This document shows, piece after piece, positions 44,751 to 59,150 of a stretch of DNA of 64,000 nucleotides. The translations under genes and the position numbers were made by a program. The notes under the pieces were generated by a model. That model was not told the DNA's origin, did no database searches, and saw nothing but the letters and a program-made list of their open reading frames with translations. The DNA comes from Octopus vulgaris (lineage: Eukaryota): NCBI GenBank assembly GCA_951406725.2, contig OX597837.1:12338001-12402000 (forward strand), given 5' to 3'. The stretch's first letter is position 1. Each line of letters begins with the position of its first letter.

Positions 44751-44966
44751 TTCAAAATTGAGTCTATAAGAGTTGTTCCCCTTGAAAACTTAAATCATTC
44801 AGTGACATCTTTTTGAGTTGCGCCGACGGTGGTTTTTTTTTTTTCTTCTTGTAACAGTCACGATGACAGATGACGAAAGGCAGAGGTAAATCGGATAAAC
44901 TTTCATCCGATGCTACCGAGAATCTGCGAGTTCTGAATGTAAGTGCTTCAAGCTTGTAATATATAT

Positions 44967-45217
44967 ATTGGGTTGAAGCATAATTATTGCGGCTATTTTT
45001 TCAACAAATTTTATTCAACTAAAACAATCGATATTTAACAAAAACATCTTTAAATGACGGTCTGGACGTCTGCCAAGCAAATGGGAAGCAGTAATTGAAG
45101 TAGATGGTGAATATGCTCCGGAATAATCATTTAAAGATGTTTTTGCTACGTGTTATTGTTTTTGTTGAATGAAATTTGTTTAAAAAAAAGCCGCAGTATT
45201 TATAAACCAACACAATA
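44967..45217. mobile_element. Mariner-derived MITE (~250 bp); related copies at ~35012-35245 and ~30320-30515
   Basis: Long imperfect terminal inverted repeats attgggttg..gcataattattgcggct..ttcaacaaatttt / gaaatttgtt..agccgcag..ccaac.caat, flanked by TA. Confidence 0.65.
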
Positions 45218-45295
45218 TCAAATCTAGTCCTCTATTTCAACGATATTGAGGTCTACTTCTTTTTTCTTATACATTTGATTTATTGAAGTGTGTGT

Positions 45296-45358
<63 letters not shown>

Positions 45359-45878
45359 CACACAGACACACACATGTTTATTAAAGCAGAAATATTACCC
45401 CAAAAAAATGTTATTCAAACTTTCCGTTCCCGTTAGTCGGACAGCTGCGATGATATTCCACGATTATTTTCCCACCTTGTTTTGCCCTTATGTGCTCATC
45501 TGTGTGACTGTGTGTGCGTGTATATCTTTTATATTTTGCTTGTTTCAGTCTTTAGACTGCGGCCCTGCTGGGGCATCGCCATGAGGATTCCTTCCTTGAG
45601 TGAATCGAGTTCAGCGTTTATTTTATCTTAAACAAGTTACTTATTCTATCGATAACTTCTTGGTGAACTGCTAGGTAAGGAAGACATAAACACTCCAACA
45701 CCAATTGTCCAACGGTATTGGGGGACAAATGCACACGCACACGCACACACACATACATGTAGCCCGTCTCAAGGTTAATCGTGTACAGATACGTAGAATG
45801 ACACAACGTGAAATGAAGTGTTTTGCTCTAGAACACAACACGGTACAAAGTACGCTTTGAATGATTCGCAGGTGTCTG

Positions 45879-45925
<47 letters not shown>

Positions 45926-45942
45926 CCTATCTACCTATCTAT

Positions 45943-46024
<82 letters not shown>

Positions 46025-46035
46025 TATATATATAA

Positions 46036-46329
46036 ATTAGAAAAAATCCACCTTTTATCAATTCAATAATGAAAAATAAATTATACAATATTTATAAAAA
46101 TTACATATTATAGAAAGATTAAATATACGATAAAACATATAACGTTGATTAAGTAATGTGCAAAATAATACATACCAAATATATACGTTTTATTTATTAT
46201 TTTGCACATTAATTAATCATTGTTATATGTTTTATCTTATATTTAATCTTTCTATAATATGTAATTATTCTAAACGGCATAATTCAATTTTTCATTATTG
46301 AATTGATAAAAGGTGTTTTTTTCTAATTA
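46036..46329. mobile_element. AT-rich foldback/MITE inserted in (TA)n; partial copies at ~37686-37888 and ~55481-55596
   Basis: aattagaaaaaa..ccttttatcaattcaataatgaaaa ... ttttcattattgaattgataaaagg..ttttctaatt. Arms are about 135 bp. Confidence 0.75.
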
Positions 46330-46402
<73 letters not shown>

Positions 46403-46462
46403 TGATTGATTGATTGATTGATTCTAGTTTCAGCTTATGAGCTGTGGCCATGCTGGGGCACC

Positions 46463-46520
<58 letters not shown>

Positions 46521-46590
46521 TTTGTGAAATTTGATTTAGTATTTCTTAACTGAATTTTTCCCTGTAAGTTTGGAATAATATTCCCTCATA

Positions 46591-46652
<62 letters not shown>

Positions 46653-46688
46653 GTTGTTGTTGTTGTTGTTATTATTATTATTATTATT

Positions 46689-47117
46689 CAGTAGTTTTAT
46701 TTTTATAGCGTGCTTTCACTTCACTACCGAGCGCAGCTCTGTGTGCCTTAGGTATGTGTTGTGATTTGTTGTGATGCTCTGATGGTTATTGTATGGAAAG
46801 TGTTCTGCGTAGGATGTGTGCTGTGCCTTGTAGTGCAATTTTCTGTATGTTATATGTGTTTGTAAGTCCTGGTGTTTTTGTTATGTATTTGTCTGAATAT
46901 TTTTTTATCATGCCTAATGCACCTACTATGATAGGAATTGTTTCTGTTTTTAGATTCCACATTCTGGTTACCTCTATTTCCAGGTCTTTGTATTTTGAAA
47001 GTTCCTCCATTTCTTTTAGAGACACGTTGTCATCTGCCGGTATTGGTACATTAATTAGAAAGCATTTTTTTCTTCATGATCTCTGACAACTATATCTGGT
47101 CTCTTGGCCTTAATTTC

Positions 47118-47118
<1 letters not shown>
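46689..47118 (-). mobile_element. R4/Dong LINE 3' end embedded in (TAA)n
   Basis: KYKDLEIEVTRMWNLKTETIPIIVGALG...IQKIALQGTAHILRRTLS, with (TAT)n on both sides. Confidence 0.8.
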
Positions 47119-47183
<65 letters not shown>

Positions 47184-47184
47184 C

Positions 47185-47238
<54 letters not shown>

Positions 47239-48198
47239 CCATTAAATCTAATAGTATATGTTACTATTTATCGCTTTATCTACTTTGAGTTCTAGTTCAA
47301 GGCTTCTAAACTTTTATGCTGTAAAACAAAATATATATAAACAAATGAGTTCATATTGATTCCTTATATTGATACAGGGCCACACAAGTCAGTGAATGCA
47401 CTATCGACAGATTCTTGCCTCAACAGACGACATAAAGACACGTTAAGTAATTCTGAAGAATATTTTTTTCTCAATTTCGCCCATTCTGTCCACCCATATT
47501 TATCACTGGATGCAAATTTTCTGAAGATGGATCTTCACTTTTCGCCACTCGTTTGAAACAAAGAGTAAATTACTCAGGAAATGAATGAACAGTCTGATTT
47601 TTTTTTAAAGTATAAAGTGTAAAGCTTTGGATAAACGGTAGACAGGAAAATAATTGGGAATTTCCTCTCCTCGATTTTCCGTATCATTACAGTGTAAAAA
47701 AAGTCTTAGAATCTATGTTCTCTGTATATTACTGGTATAAAGTTGTACCTTCAGAGTAATTTACATTTTTTCTTGATTGTATATTTGTCTTGCTCTGAGG
47801 AATTTAGTGTCAAAGAAAAACAGAAAAGAAATACAGCTAAAATAAATCGATATATGTCTTTACATTGAGTGGTAAATGGCATGCATGCTTATCGATTATA
47901 AATAAAGCTAAATGACTGCGAAATGTAATTGTACTAATGAGATTCTGATCATAGTTTTGGAAGATTATATCTCATTCTATAAAAAAAAATACGTTTTAGA
48001 GAACACAAAAACATATTTTATATAATGAAATTATTTTAAACAAAGTGACCAAATCAATGAAATAATTTGTTAATTGTCGAACGCTACCTTTCAGGGTTTA
48101 TTTCAGCAGACAGAACGTACACCACTCAGGAATTGATATCCTTTCAGATTCGAAACCTCAACCAAAACCTCGTGAGGATCCGTGGAAAAGATACAACA

Positions 48199-49662
48199 AT
48201 GTCTCGATTTACAAATTGCGTTCAGCGCTATTGCTCGTGTCGATGGAAATTATGTTATATTTGTGCAATGGCTTCTGTTTTGGTGCAAACATTAAGAATT
48301 GATATAAGTATGGCGTTTGTTTGTATGTTGAAAACCCCGAATCGTACAAGCGAAGAAGTTAACGTTACTACAGACAACCAGCATTGTTCCGGATTCGATA
48401 ACCGTTCAATGATCGAAAAATATGAAGGAGAGTTTGAATGGAGCGACACGTTACAAGCAAACATACTGGCTGGTTTCTTCTATGGATATATAACAACTAA
48501 TTCTTTGGGTGGCTTATTGGCCGATAAATACGGTGCGAAAAGAGTTGTCGGAGGTTCAATATTCTCAGCATCCATTCTAACCATTCTTCACCCAAGTCTG
48601 TCTCGAATTAGTGGTTACTTGACCCTCGTCCTAAGGATATTAACAGGTATGGCATCAGGACCAATATACCCAGGAATTCATTCTTTATATGGACGTTGGG
48701 CGCCTCCACAAGAAATTGGTTCGTTGGTTGGGCTTACTTTTGCTGGTCTAAATTTAGGCAATATTGTAGGACTTTCAATATCCGGTTATCTTTGCGTTTA
48801 TGGCTTTGATAATGGGTGGGGTTCTATATTCTATGTATTCGGTGGATTATCGTTGGTGTTTAGTTGTGTGTGGTTTTATATTGTCTACGATACTCCAGAT
48901 GCCCATCCAACCATTAGCGACAAAGAACATTCTTTTTTAAACAGAACAATAATAAGTGAAAAGGTGGTGAAAAAAGTACCTTGGAAAAGACTAATTTCTT
49001 CTCCCGCTGTATGGGCCATTAGCATTGGTCGGTTTGGTCTTAGTTGGACTGCTTTGACTTTCCAGCTGCTGCTACCTCTGTATATGAAAGAAGCCTTAAG
49101 CGTTAATACAACCTCCAACGGTTTAATGTCATCTGCTTCTTCGGTTGGACAAATCATTGCACTACCCCTGTGCGGCAAGTTAGCTGATTTTGTACGTCTA
49201 AAGAAATACATATCAACTCGTTGTGTTCGCATTTTATTCCAAAGCATTGCCCTGATTCCTTCAGCATGTCTGATGATTGTCATAGGATTCCTCAGATGTG
49301 ACCAAACCATTCTAATAACTATCTTATTGTTTCTCATTGGTATAACTCTATCATTTTCCAGTGGTGGTGCTACCGTCAACAACAACGACATTGCCCCAAG
49401 TTATGCTGGTATTATATTTGGAATTGCAAACACTTTCGCAACAACTTCGGGAAGTATTTCTCCCTTATCTGCCAAAGCTTTAACCCCAAACGGTACACAA
49501 GATGAATGGCAGATCGTGTTTGCCTTAAGTGCTGCTGTATGTGTAGTTAGCACAATATTATATGCAATACTAGCAAGAGGAGAAATTCAAGATTGGGCGA
49601 TTTCGGAAGACCCTGGGGTATCTGTTCCCCTTAAAGACATGAACACAAATGAATCGGCTTAA
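48199..49662 (+). CDS. SLC17/sialin-like transporter, paralog 5 (487 aa from the ATG at 48199)
   Basis: Intact ORF. The track's extra 44 aa start at a TTG and are not conserved across paralogs. Confidence 0.95.
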   Translation: MSRFTNCVQRYCSCRWKLCYICAMASVLVQTLRIDISMAFVCMLKTPNRTSEEVNVTTDNQHCSGFDNRSMIEKYEGEFEWSDTLQANILAGFFYGYITTNSLGGLLADKYGAKRVVGGSIFSASILTILHPSLSRISGYLTLVLRILTGMASGPIYPGIHSLYGRWAPPQEIGSLVGLTFAGLNLGNIVGLSISGYLCVYGFDNGWGSIFYVFGGLSLVFSCVWFYIVYDTPDAHPTISDKEHSFLNRTIISEKVVKKVPWKRLISSPAVWAISIGRFGLSWTALTFQLLLPLYMKEALSVNTTSNGLMSSASSVGQIIALPLCGKLADFVRLKKYISTRCVRILFQSIALIPSACLMIVIGFLRCDQTILITILLFLIGITLSFSSGGATVNNNDIAPSYAGIIFGIANTFATTSGSISPLSAKALTPNGTQDEWQIVFALSAAVCVVSTILYAILARGEIQDWAISEDPGVSVPLKDMNTNESA

Positions 49663-49791
49663 CTAGTTTACTGAAATTTTAGCAGGACCAAACACAACAT
49701 TATCAACTAGAATGCATAGTTCTCTTTATTTATGTGATTCCGTAATGTATGTATGTATGTATGTATGTATGTATGTATGTATGTATGTATG

Positions 49792-49909
<118 letters not shown>

Positions 49910-50183
49910 CTTGCATGTAAGTCTGTTGTCCTTCTCTATTTTATTTCAGAATAAATCTCGACCGGTCACCTACTTGGTAGTGAGGCTGTGAAGGAAAGCA
50001 TCTTCCTTTAGCCAACATCCTTTAAATCTTTTCAAAAAATGTCTTGTAGTTTTTATTCTGTGTGACTGTATAAATGTTAGTATGTATTTGTGTGTATATA
50101 TATACATATATATATACATGCACGCAGAATTACCTCGGATCTGAATTCTATTCGAATTTATTGGTACCTGTTTGTTTGATGTA

Positions 50184-50578
50184 TCAGGTCATCCCAAAAG
50201 TTCCTTCCAATTTTACCTTTTTAAAATTGAATGAAATTTAATACTATTTTAGAATATCCAATGGAATTAAAATTTATTTTTTATGCATTTGTGTACATTT
50301 AAACTAATTAAATATTATTTTACAGAATAACAGAATTAAAATTTCTTTGATTAAAACCCTTTCTAACATGGAAGTATCCAAAGAGCATTTAAGGCACAAA
50401 ATGCTTTATGAGGACAAAAAAGGAAACTCTGCAGCCGAAGCCACTCGAAACACACTCAGTTTATGGGAAAGAATGCTTGAATGAAAGAACTTGCAGAAGA
50501 TGGCTTGCAAAATTCAGAAGTGGAGATTTCAGTCTTGAAGATGAAGATCGAACAGAACGTCCCGTTGACTTTGATGAT
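50184..50578 (+). mobile_element. Truncated 5' half of the same mariner
   Basis: Near-identical to 42609-43003, including the 5' flank ...gtttgtttgatgTA. Confidence 0.88.
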
Positions 50579-51613
50579 AAGCTCGACATATCATGCACGC
50601 AGAATTACCTCGGATCTTAATTCTATTCGAATTTAATGGTATCTGTTTGTTTGATGTAGTTATTCAAGTTCGCTTAAGACTCAGGGCTTCCAAGATATTT
50701 GTTGGATATTAAAATCCATTCTACCTTTTGTTGTCAATGTATATGCTTAGTCTCTTAATTGTTTCAGTCATTAGACTGCGGCCATGCTTGGGCAGTGCCT
50801 TGAAGAATGTTAGTCGAATGAATCGACCTCAGTATTTTTTAAAATCTTTATAAGACCTCCTATTTATTTTATCGGTCTCTTTGTTGAACCACTAAGTTAC
50901 GGAACGTATAGACACCACCACTGATTGCCAAGCGGTGATGGGGGAACAAAATTATTGATGCAGTCAAATTTGAAGAAAAATTTTCATAAAATATAATTTA
51001 TATGAAAGACATTTTTTTAAAAAGTCCGAAGCTTCTTGAGATTGAAATTTTCAGATTGCGTCTATACACTTTCACTGTATTCCCTCTTGAACACAGTGTT
51101 GGGGGTAATCCATAATGACGAATATAGTTCTAGTAACGGTGCTATTCCAGGTTTAGTTCTTCATTTCAAATTCTTTTAAATTATTTTCCCTTTGCCTTCC
51201 GCAGTTAATCATTTTCTTCCTTCATTTTGAAAAATGGAAATATTTTAAAATTTTTATTTGTACAAATAATTATGTTTACTCCATGAAATATTACAAATGG
51301 AAGAAATGTTGATTTGGAGCATATACACTCCAAGTGCTGTATTTATTTTGACCCTGTTTGGGACTGTATAAGTAAATAATTCTTGAGTCAAATTAATACA
51401 TCTTCTTGTTGTTCCCTCATCTGTCTTCGTCTTTTATTTTTCTGTAAATTTCAATTATATATATATAAAGAGATAGATACATATTCATACATACATACAT
51501 ACATACATACATACATACAAATATATATATATATATAGATAGATAGATAGATAGATAGATATATACGTAATAAGTATAGAAACACGCACACACATATATA
51601 TACATACGCATAC

Positions 51614-51644
<31 letters not shown>

Positions 51645-51847
51645 CATACATACATACATACATACATACATACACACACATACATACATATATATATATA
51701 TAGTTAATCCAAACAAGAAAACACGAAAAAAACACAACAACGCGAGGACGTGGAACAAATATAGCATTATTGAACGCTCAGGAAAGAAGGAAAGAAGGAA
51801 ACATAGCCAACGGTACACACGAGGTCACATTTTATATATATATATAA

Positions 51848-52331
<484 letters not shown>

Positions 52332-52796
52332 GAAAGTGACAACAAAAGAAAGAAACCTCGATATTAGGTAAGTAGAAGATTATTTATATATGTATACTTA
52401 GGACAAACAGTAAAGGGTTGTCATTATAGTACTCGGAGTTTCGAAACTCAGAGCGAAGAGCTACGATGCATTCTCGTCGCTTATTACTGGCAATAGACGC
52501 TATGAAAACCCATTGAGTAAAAGGGAAGTTACTCTGATAGGTAGAGAAAAAGAAAAGATAAAAAACGCAAGCAACCATATTTTCACAATATAGGCATAAA
52601 ACCTCCTGCGTTCAAAACTTCTACATACGAACACACACACACAAAGAAGTATATGTGCATGCACATACACACACAAACATATATCCACACACACTGGCAC
52701 ACACATATGTATATGTGCACACAACTTCATGCTCATATACACATAGGTGTGTGCATGCATACATATATATTTAGACATTTATGCATAAAAATATAC

Positions 52797-52878
<82 letters not shown>

Positions 52879-53282
52879 ATACAAACTGGGACAAGAATGC
52901 AAAGCATTTAGTAGACGATACAAAAAACACGGACGGGACATTCGAAGCCTTCAATCTTCAGTCAAGAACCGGATCATCCTTGCAATTTCGGCTGATTAAT
53001 CTTGAGATGGTTCCGATCCGGCCAGCCCCAAGGAAAAACTAAGCTACGAGCATTAGATTTCTAGGAAAAAGGATCGAATGTATACGAAACAAGGACAGAA
53101 AAACGGACGATGCCACACGAATATAAATACAAAAAATAAAAATAGTAATAACAAGACAAAAACAGCGGCTGTCTTACGACTTTAGACAGTTCAACTTAGT
53201 TTAACTGGCGTATTTGGAAGAAAAAATATATATATATATATATATACAGGCATATACGTATATACATACACACACACAGACA

Positions 53283-53353
<71 letters not shown>

Positions 53354-53789
53354 TTGTCTGTTTATGTCTGTGTCTGTACCCCCCACCGTCGCTTAGCAAC
53401 CGATGTTGGTGTCTTTACGTCCCCATAGCGGTTCGGCATGAGAGACCGATAGAATAAGTACTAGGCTTACAAAAATACATCATGGGGTCGATTTGTTCGA
53501 CTAAAACCCATTATTGTGGTGCTCCAGCATGGCTGCAGTCAAATCACTGAAGCACATAAAAGAATTAAAGAAAATAATCTGTGTGAACGACTTTATGTTT
53601 ATGTTTGTCCCCTATGACCGCTTGACAAGCGGTGTTGGTTTGTTGATGTCTCGGTTACCTAGGAGTTGTGCAAAACAGACTGACATAGCAAGTGCCGGGC
53701 TTGAAAACATTCTTCTTCGTGTCGATTTGCTCGACTAAAACTTTCAAAGCGGTGCACCAGCATGGCCGCAAACTAATGACAAAATAAAA

Positions 53790-54267
53790 GAAGAAGAAGA
53801 AGAAGAAGAAGAAGAAGAAGAAGAAGAAGAAGAAGAAGAAGAAGAAGAAGAAGAAGAAGAAGAAGAAGAAGAAGAAGAAGAAGAATTGGAAGAAGAAGAA
53901 GAAAAAAAAAGGATTGGAAGAAGAAGAAGAAGAAGAAGAAGAAGAAGAAGAAGAAGAAGAAGAAGAAGAATTGGAAGAAGAAGAAGAAAAAAAGGATTGG
54001 AAGAAGAAGAAGAAGAAGAAGAAGAAGAAGAAGAAGAAGAAGAAGAAGAAGAAGAAGAAGAAGAAGAAGAAGAAGAAGAAGAAGACGACGAAGGAAGAAG
54101 AAGAAGAAGAAGAAGAAGAAGAAGAAGAAGAAGAAGAAGAAGAAGAAGAGGAAGAACTGGAAGAAGAAGAACTGGAAGAAGAAGAAGAACTGGAAGAAGA
54201 AGAAGAAGAAGAAGAAGAAGAAGAAGAAGAAGAAGAAGAAGAAGAAGAAGAAGAAGAAGAAGAAGAA
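53790..54267. repeat. ~480-bp (GAA)n polypurine tract
   Basis: Directly visible. It accounts for the poly-E/K/R ORFs. Confidence 0.97.
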
Positions 54268-54401
54268 ATGTTAAATGTTAAAAACTGAAAGTAAAATAAA
54301 ATGTAAGAAAAGTAGAACAGTTAAATTAAAAAGTATAGAAAGAGTTGAAGTCTGCTCAATTCTGAATTCCTATTTTCAGTTTTAATTTTAATTTTGACCA
54401 T

Positions 54402-54589
54402 GGAGGCGCAGACGGGCCTGTGCGCGTGAGGAGGCTTGCTTCCCAAGCACATGGTTCCGGGTTCAGTCCCATTGCATGGCACCTCAGGCAAATGCCTACC
54501 ATGGCCTCGAATGACTAGTATAGCCTCGGACCGACCAATGCGTCGTGGGTGGATTTGGTGAACGGAAACTGAAAGAAGGCCGTCGTGTG

Positions 54590-54666
<77 letters not shown>

Positions 54667-54855
54667 GTGTGTTTGTCCGACCACATTCGCTTGACAAACA
54701 ATGCTGGTGTGTTTAGTTCCCCGTAACCTAGTGGTTCGTCAAAAGAACCGATAGAAGAAGTACTAAGCTTACAAATAATAAGTCCTGGAATCGATTTGTT
54801 TGACTAAAGGCGGTGCTCCAGCACAGCCGCAGCCAAATGACAGAAACAAGTAAAT
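54402..54855 (+). mobile_element. CORE-like SINE, family B
   Basis: Homologous to 10097-10500. Confidence 0.75.
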
Positions 54856-55202
54856 CAAAAATTTAAATATAAAACGATTATACAATTTCTCAATTGTATA
54901 ATGATCCATTTTGTCAAAAATTTCAAAATTTAGTTCACAAGAGTTGTTCCCCTTGAACACTTTGATCATTCGATTGCATCAGATTGAGGTGCGCCGACGA
55001 GGATTTTTCATTTTATTTTGTAACAGCCACGTTGGCAGATAACGAAAGGCAGAGATAAATCGGATAAAATTTCATCCGATGCTACCGAGAATCTGCGAGT
55101 TCTGAATGTAAGTTCTTCAAGCATGTATTATATATCAAATCTATTCCTGTATTTCAACGATACTGAAGTCTACTTCTTTGTTCTTACACATATTATTTAT
55201 AG

Positions 55203-55260
<58 letters not shown>

Positions 55261-55411
55261 AACAATTGCAGCGTGGAAGGTGTTTATAAGCCATTTAAGA
55301 AACACACAAAAGCCGTTCGATTCACTTCAACATTTAAGTTAAACTTAAATGTATTTGTATTCGTTCCAGCACACGATCTCAGATCAAATTACTTGCTATG
55401 CGAGTACATCT

Positions 55412-55481
<70 letters not shown>

Positions 55482-55682
55482 AATTAGAAAAAACCCACCG
55501 TTTATCAATTCAAAAGGAACAAATAAATTACACCATGTATATATTTTATATATTTGTTCATTCTGAATTGATAAAAAGGTGTTTTTTTTAAAATTTGTAT
55601 ATATATATTATATTTTGTGAAATTTGATTTAGTATTTCTAACTTGAATTTTACCCTGTAAGTTAGGAATAATATTCCCTCAA

Positions 55683-55733
<51 letters not shown>

Positions 55734-55851
55734 TTTTTTTCTTCTTTCAAATTTGCTTCCATTTCTTGCCGAGTGTCTTCCCGACTCCTAGGGCAAAGAA
55801 ACTCATAGTATTCATTGGTAGGCCATTAAACCAAACTCAGTAGTTCGTTCA

Positions 55852-55911
<60 letters not shown>

Positions 55912-56574
55912 GATTACTATTATATACATACATATATATATTTGTTGGTGTGTCATGTTTCGGCCGATATACTCTCCACACTTGATCAGGTGTCTTGAGG
56001 AAATTTCAAATTGGGCTCTCATTTCTGAGGTATTTTTCAATATTGTTATTATTGTTTTTGTTGTTATTCATGTCACTGCCCAGAACTACGATGCGCAAAC
56101 GTTCAGCTTTTGCCGAACGATCTGGAGAAATAATTTGTTGATAGCGCTCAGATGTATGTGGCCTACATGACCGCCCTCTCTGCATCAAATCGACGCTGCC
56201 CGAACAGGTGCACGGTTCACCACGGCTCAGGTGTCGAAGTGCTCGCAAAGCAACGTGAGATGGAGTGTCTTGCTCAAGAACACAGCGCACCACCTGATCA
56301 AGGATTGAAACCAGGATCTTGCGATATATTAAGTAGGAGTAGTAATTAGTAATTGTAGCGGCTGTAGTTGTTATTATTATTTTAGTAGTAGTAGTGATTG
56401 TGGTGGTAGCATCAGCGGTAGTTGTGGAGGTCGTCTTGGCTATCGTAGTAGTGGTGGTGGTGTTGGTAGTAGTAGTAGTAATAATAATGGCAGTTACCGT
56501 TGTGGGAGTCGTGGGAGTGGCGGGAACACGAATTCCACCAAAACTCGCCATGCAAGTAGGTCACAGTAATATAC

Positions 56575-56575
56575 A

Positions 56576-56606
<31 letters not shown>

Positions 56607-57090
56607 GCGTGTGTGTGTGTGTGTGCATGTGTGTGTGTGAGAGAGAGGGAGAGTATGTGTGAGAGAGAGAGTGTATGTGTGTGCGTGTATGTGTGTGAGT
56701 ATGTGCGCGCGTGTGTGTGTGTTTGAGTGTGTGTGCGTGTGTGTGTGTGAGAGAGAGAGGGTGAGTATGTGTGTGAGAGAGAGTGTACGTGTGTGCGTGT
56801 ATGTGTGTGAGTATGTGTGTGTGTGTGTGTGCGTGTGTGTGTGTGAGAGAGGGAGAGTATGTGTGAGAGAGAGAGTGTATGTGTGCGCGTGTGTGTGTGT
56901 TTGAGTGTGTGTGCATGTGTGTGAGAGAGAGAGGGTGAGTATGTGTGTGAGAGAGAGTGTACGTGTGTGCGCGTATGTGTGTGTGTGTGTGTGCGTGTGT
57001 GTGTGTGAGAGAGAGGGAGAGTATGTGTGAGAGAGTGTACGTGTGCGCGCGTATGTGTGTGAGTATGTGTGTGTGTGTGTGTGTGGCTAT
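56575..57090. repeat. Complex (GT)n/(GA)n higher-order minisatellite
   Basis: Recurrent gtgtgtgagagagagggagagtatgtgtgagagagagtgta units. An unexpanded homologue lies at 30705-30805. Confidence 0.85.
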
Positions 57091-57127
57091 GTAAGTGTGT
57101 GTATACATGTGAGTATATCCTTGTCTT

Positions 57128-57163
<36 letters not shown>

Positions 57164-58273
57164 TCTCCCTCCCTCTCTACCTTACCGCTTGACAACCACG
57201 GGAAGAGCGATCTCGACGAGATTTGATCTCAGAACGTATTTGCCTACTTATTTATTTATCTCCTTATTTACGTATTTACTTATTCGAAGACATTTGGAAA
57301 TCTGAATTATCCACGTGGCATTATTATGGTTTTAAAATTCGATCGAGATGTCTATGAGTGACCTCCTTCCAGAGACATTTGTCCGGGTTCCATAGCTGGA
57401 GCTCTGACAATTGCTACAATACGGGGCCAGAGTAGATCTTTGAACAATAGTGGTTCAGAAATGGTTCCACATTCCACAAAACCAGCAATTTCGAGAAGGT
57501 GGTAATTCGATTACATTGATCCCAGTGCTCAACGGGAACTTGATTTATCGACCCCGAAAGGATAAATGACAAAGTCGACCTCAGTGGAATTTAAACTCAG
57601 AACGTAGAGTCGAACGAAACGCCATTAAGCATTTTGCCCGGCATGCTATCGATTCTGTGAGTGCTAAATATCAAAGTTTAATTATGAAAGTTTAATCATG
57701 AAGGTGCATGACTCAGTGGTTATAACGTCGGGCTCACAATCAAGAGGCAGTGAGTTCGATTCCCGGATTGTGTGTTGTGCTCTTGAGCAAGACACTTTAT
57801 TTCACGTTGCTCCAGTTCACTCAACAATAGAAATGAGTCGTGATGTCGCTGGTGACATGCAGTTTCAGTCCCCTTTGCTTTTCTCTTGGATAACATCGGT
57901 GGCGTGGAGAGGAGGACAGGCTGGTATGCATCGGCGATTGCTGGCCTTCGATAAACAATCTCGCCCGGACCTGTACGTCAGGGGGTAACTTTCTAGATGC
58001 AACCCCAAGAGAGTCTTTAATTATTAAACATAACAAAAATTTGCAGTAACAGATCGTGACGGATTACATGTTAAATGGAAATCAATTGTAATATTCATCA
58101 TCCGGAATGAGCATGAATATTTGGACATTTCATTACGGAGATGTACTTGCATAGCAAGTGACCTGATATGAGATCGTGTGCTGGAACGAAAACAATTGCA
58201 GCTTGGAAGGTGTTTATAAGCCATTTAAGAAACACACAAAATCCGTTAGATTCACTTCAACATTTAAATTTAA

Positions 58274-58324
58274 TTTGTCCAAATATTTTCGTCGCTTTGA
58301 GACCGCGACCTGTTCGCTGACAAA
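58274..58324 (-). ncRNA. Hammerhead-like motif with swapped G3-C8 pair
   Basis: Reverse complement: tttgtca-GCGAACA-g-gtcgc-ggtctcaaa-gcgac-GAAA-atat-TT-ggacaaa. It also carries U4C and one stem I mismatch. Confidence 0.5.
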
Positions 58325-58918
58325 ACTTCGTGCTGCATCCATTCGTGCTGAGATGCAGCACGAAGCTGCAATTGTAGTTTATTTTTAGTTTTATTTTAAT
58401 GCTTAACGTCAACCCAAGACCTCCCTTAGTTATTCTGGCATTTCTTCATTATGTCTTTTCTGCCATTTTCACCCAGGTTCTTTCATACCGCGCTTTGTAT
58501 CCGGTCTGAGGACAGGAAACACGAAATTCGAAAATAATCTGGGGTAAGCTGTGGTAATATACAGTATAAGGCCTGAAATTTGTGGAGAACGCTCTAGTCA
58601 TTAACGTTGACCTCAGTACTTGAGTGGGACTTAATTTATTGACCCCGAAAGTCGACCTCGGCGGAATTTGTGCACAGTACAAAAGGACGGACGAAGTAGC
58701 GCTAAGCATGACGGTTCCGCCAGCTCGCCTTTCAACGAGGCTGTGTTTTCCAAAATGGAGGCGAACACCTATCTCCATGTGATCGGCTTAATAAGACACA
58801 AGTATTTTTTCCTACTTTACCTAATATGAAACCAATGGTAGCCTTAATTCACAAATAAAGAACTTTTATTCACCAATGCAGTGCTAAGCTCTCATTTTCA
58901 TCGTTCGACATTTACGTA

Positions 58919-58958
<40 letters not shown>

Positions 58959-59071
58959 GATATCGTAGGGTCGAAACGTTAAATACTTTCTCACTTTCGC
59001 GAGCGACAACCTAATACACCCATGCTTGTCGTTCATACACCCATGTTTGTCTTTTGTTTTTCTATAAATTT

Positions 59072-59148
<77 letters not shown>

Positions 59149-59150
<2 letters not shown>

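Noticed and set aside
48067-48198. 44-aa N-terminal extension MLIVERYLSG... in paralogs 4 and 5
   Set aside because: It starts at TTG, is out of frame in paralog 2, contains a stop in paralog 6, and spans the putative splice acceptor.
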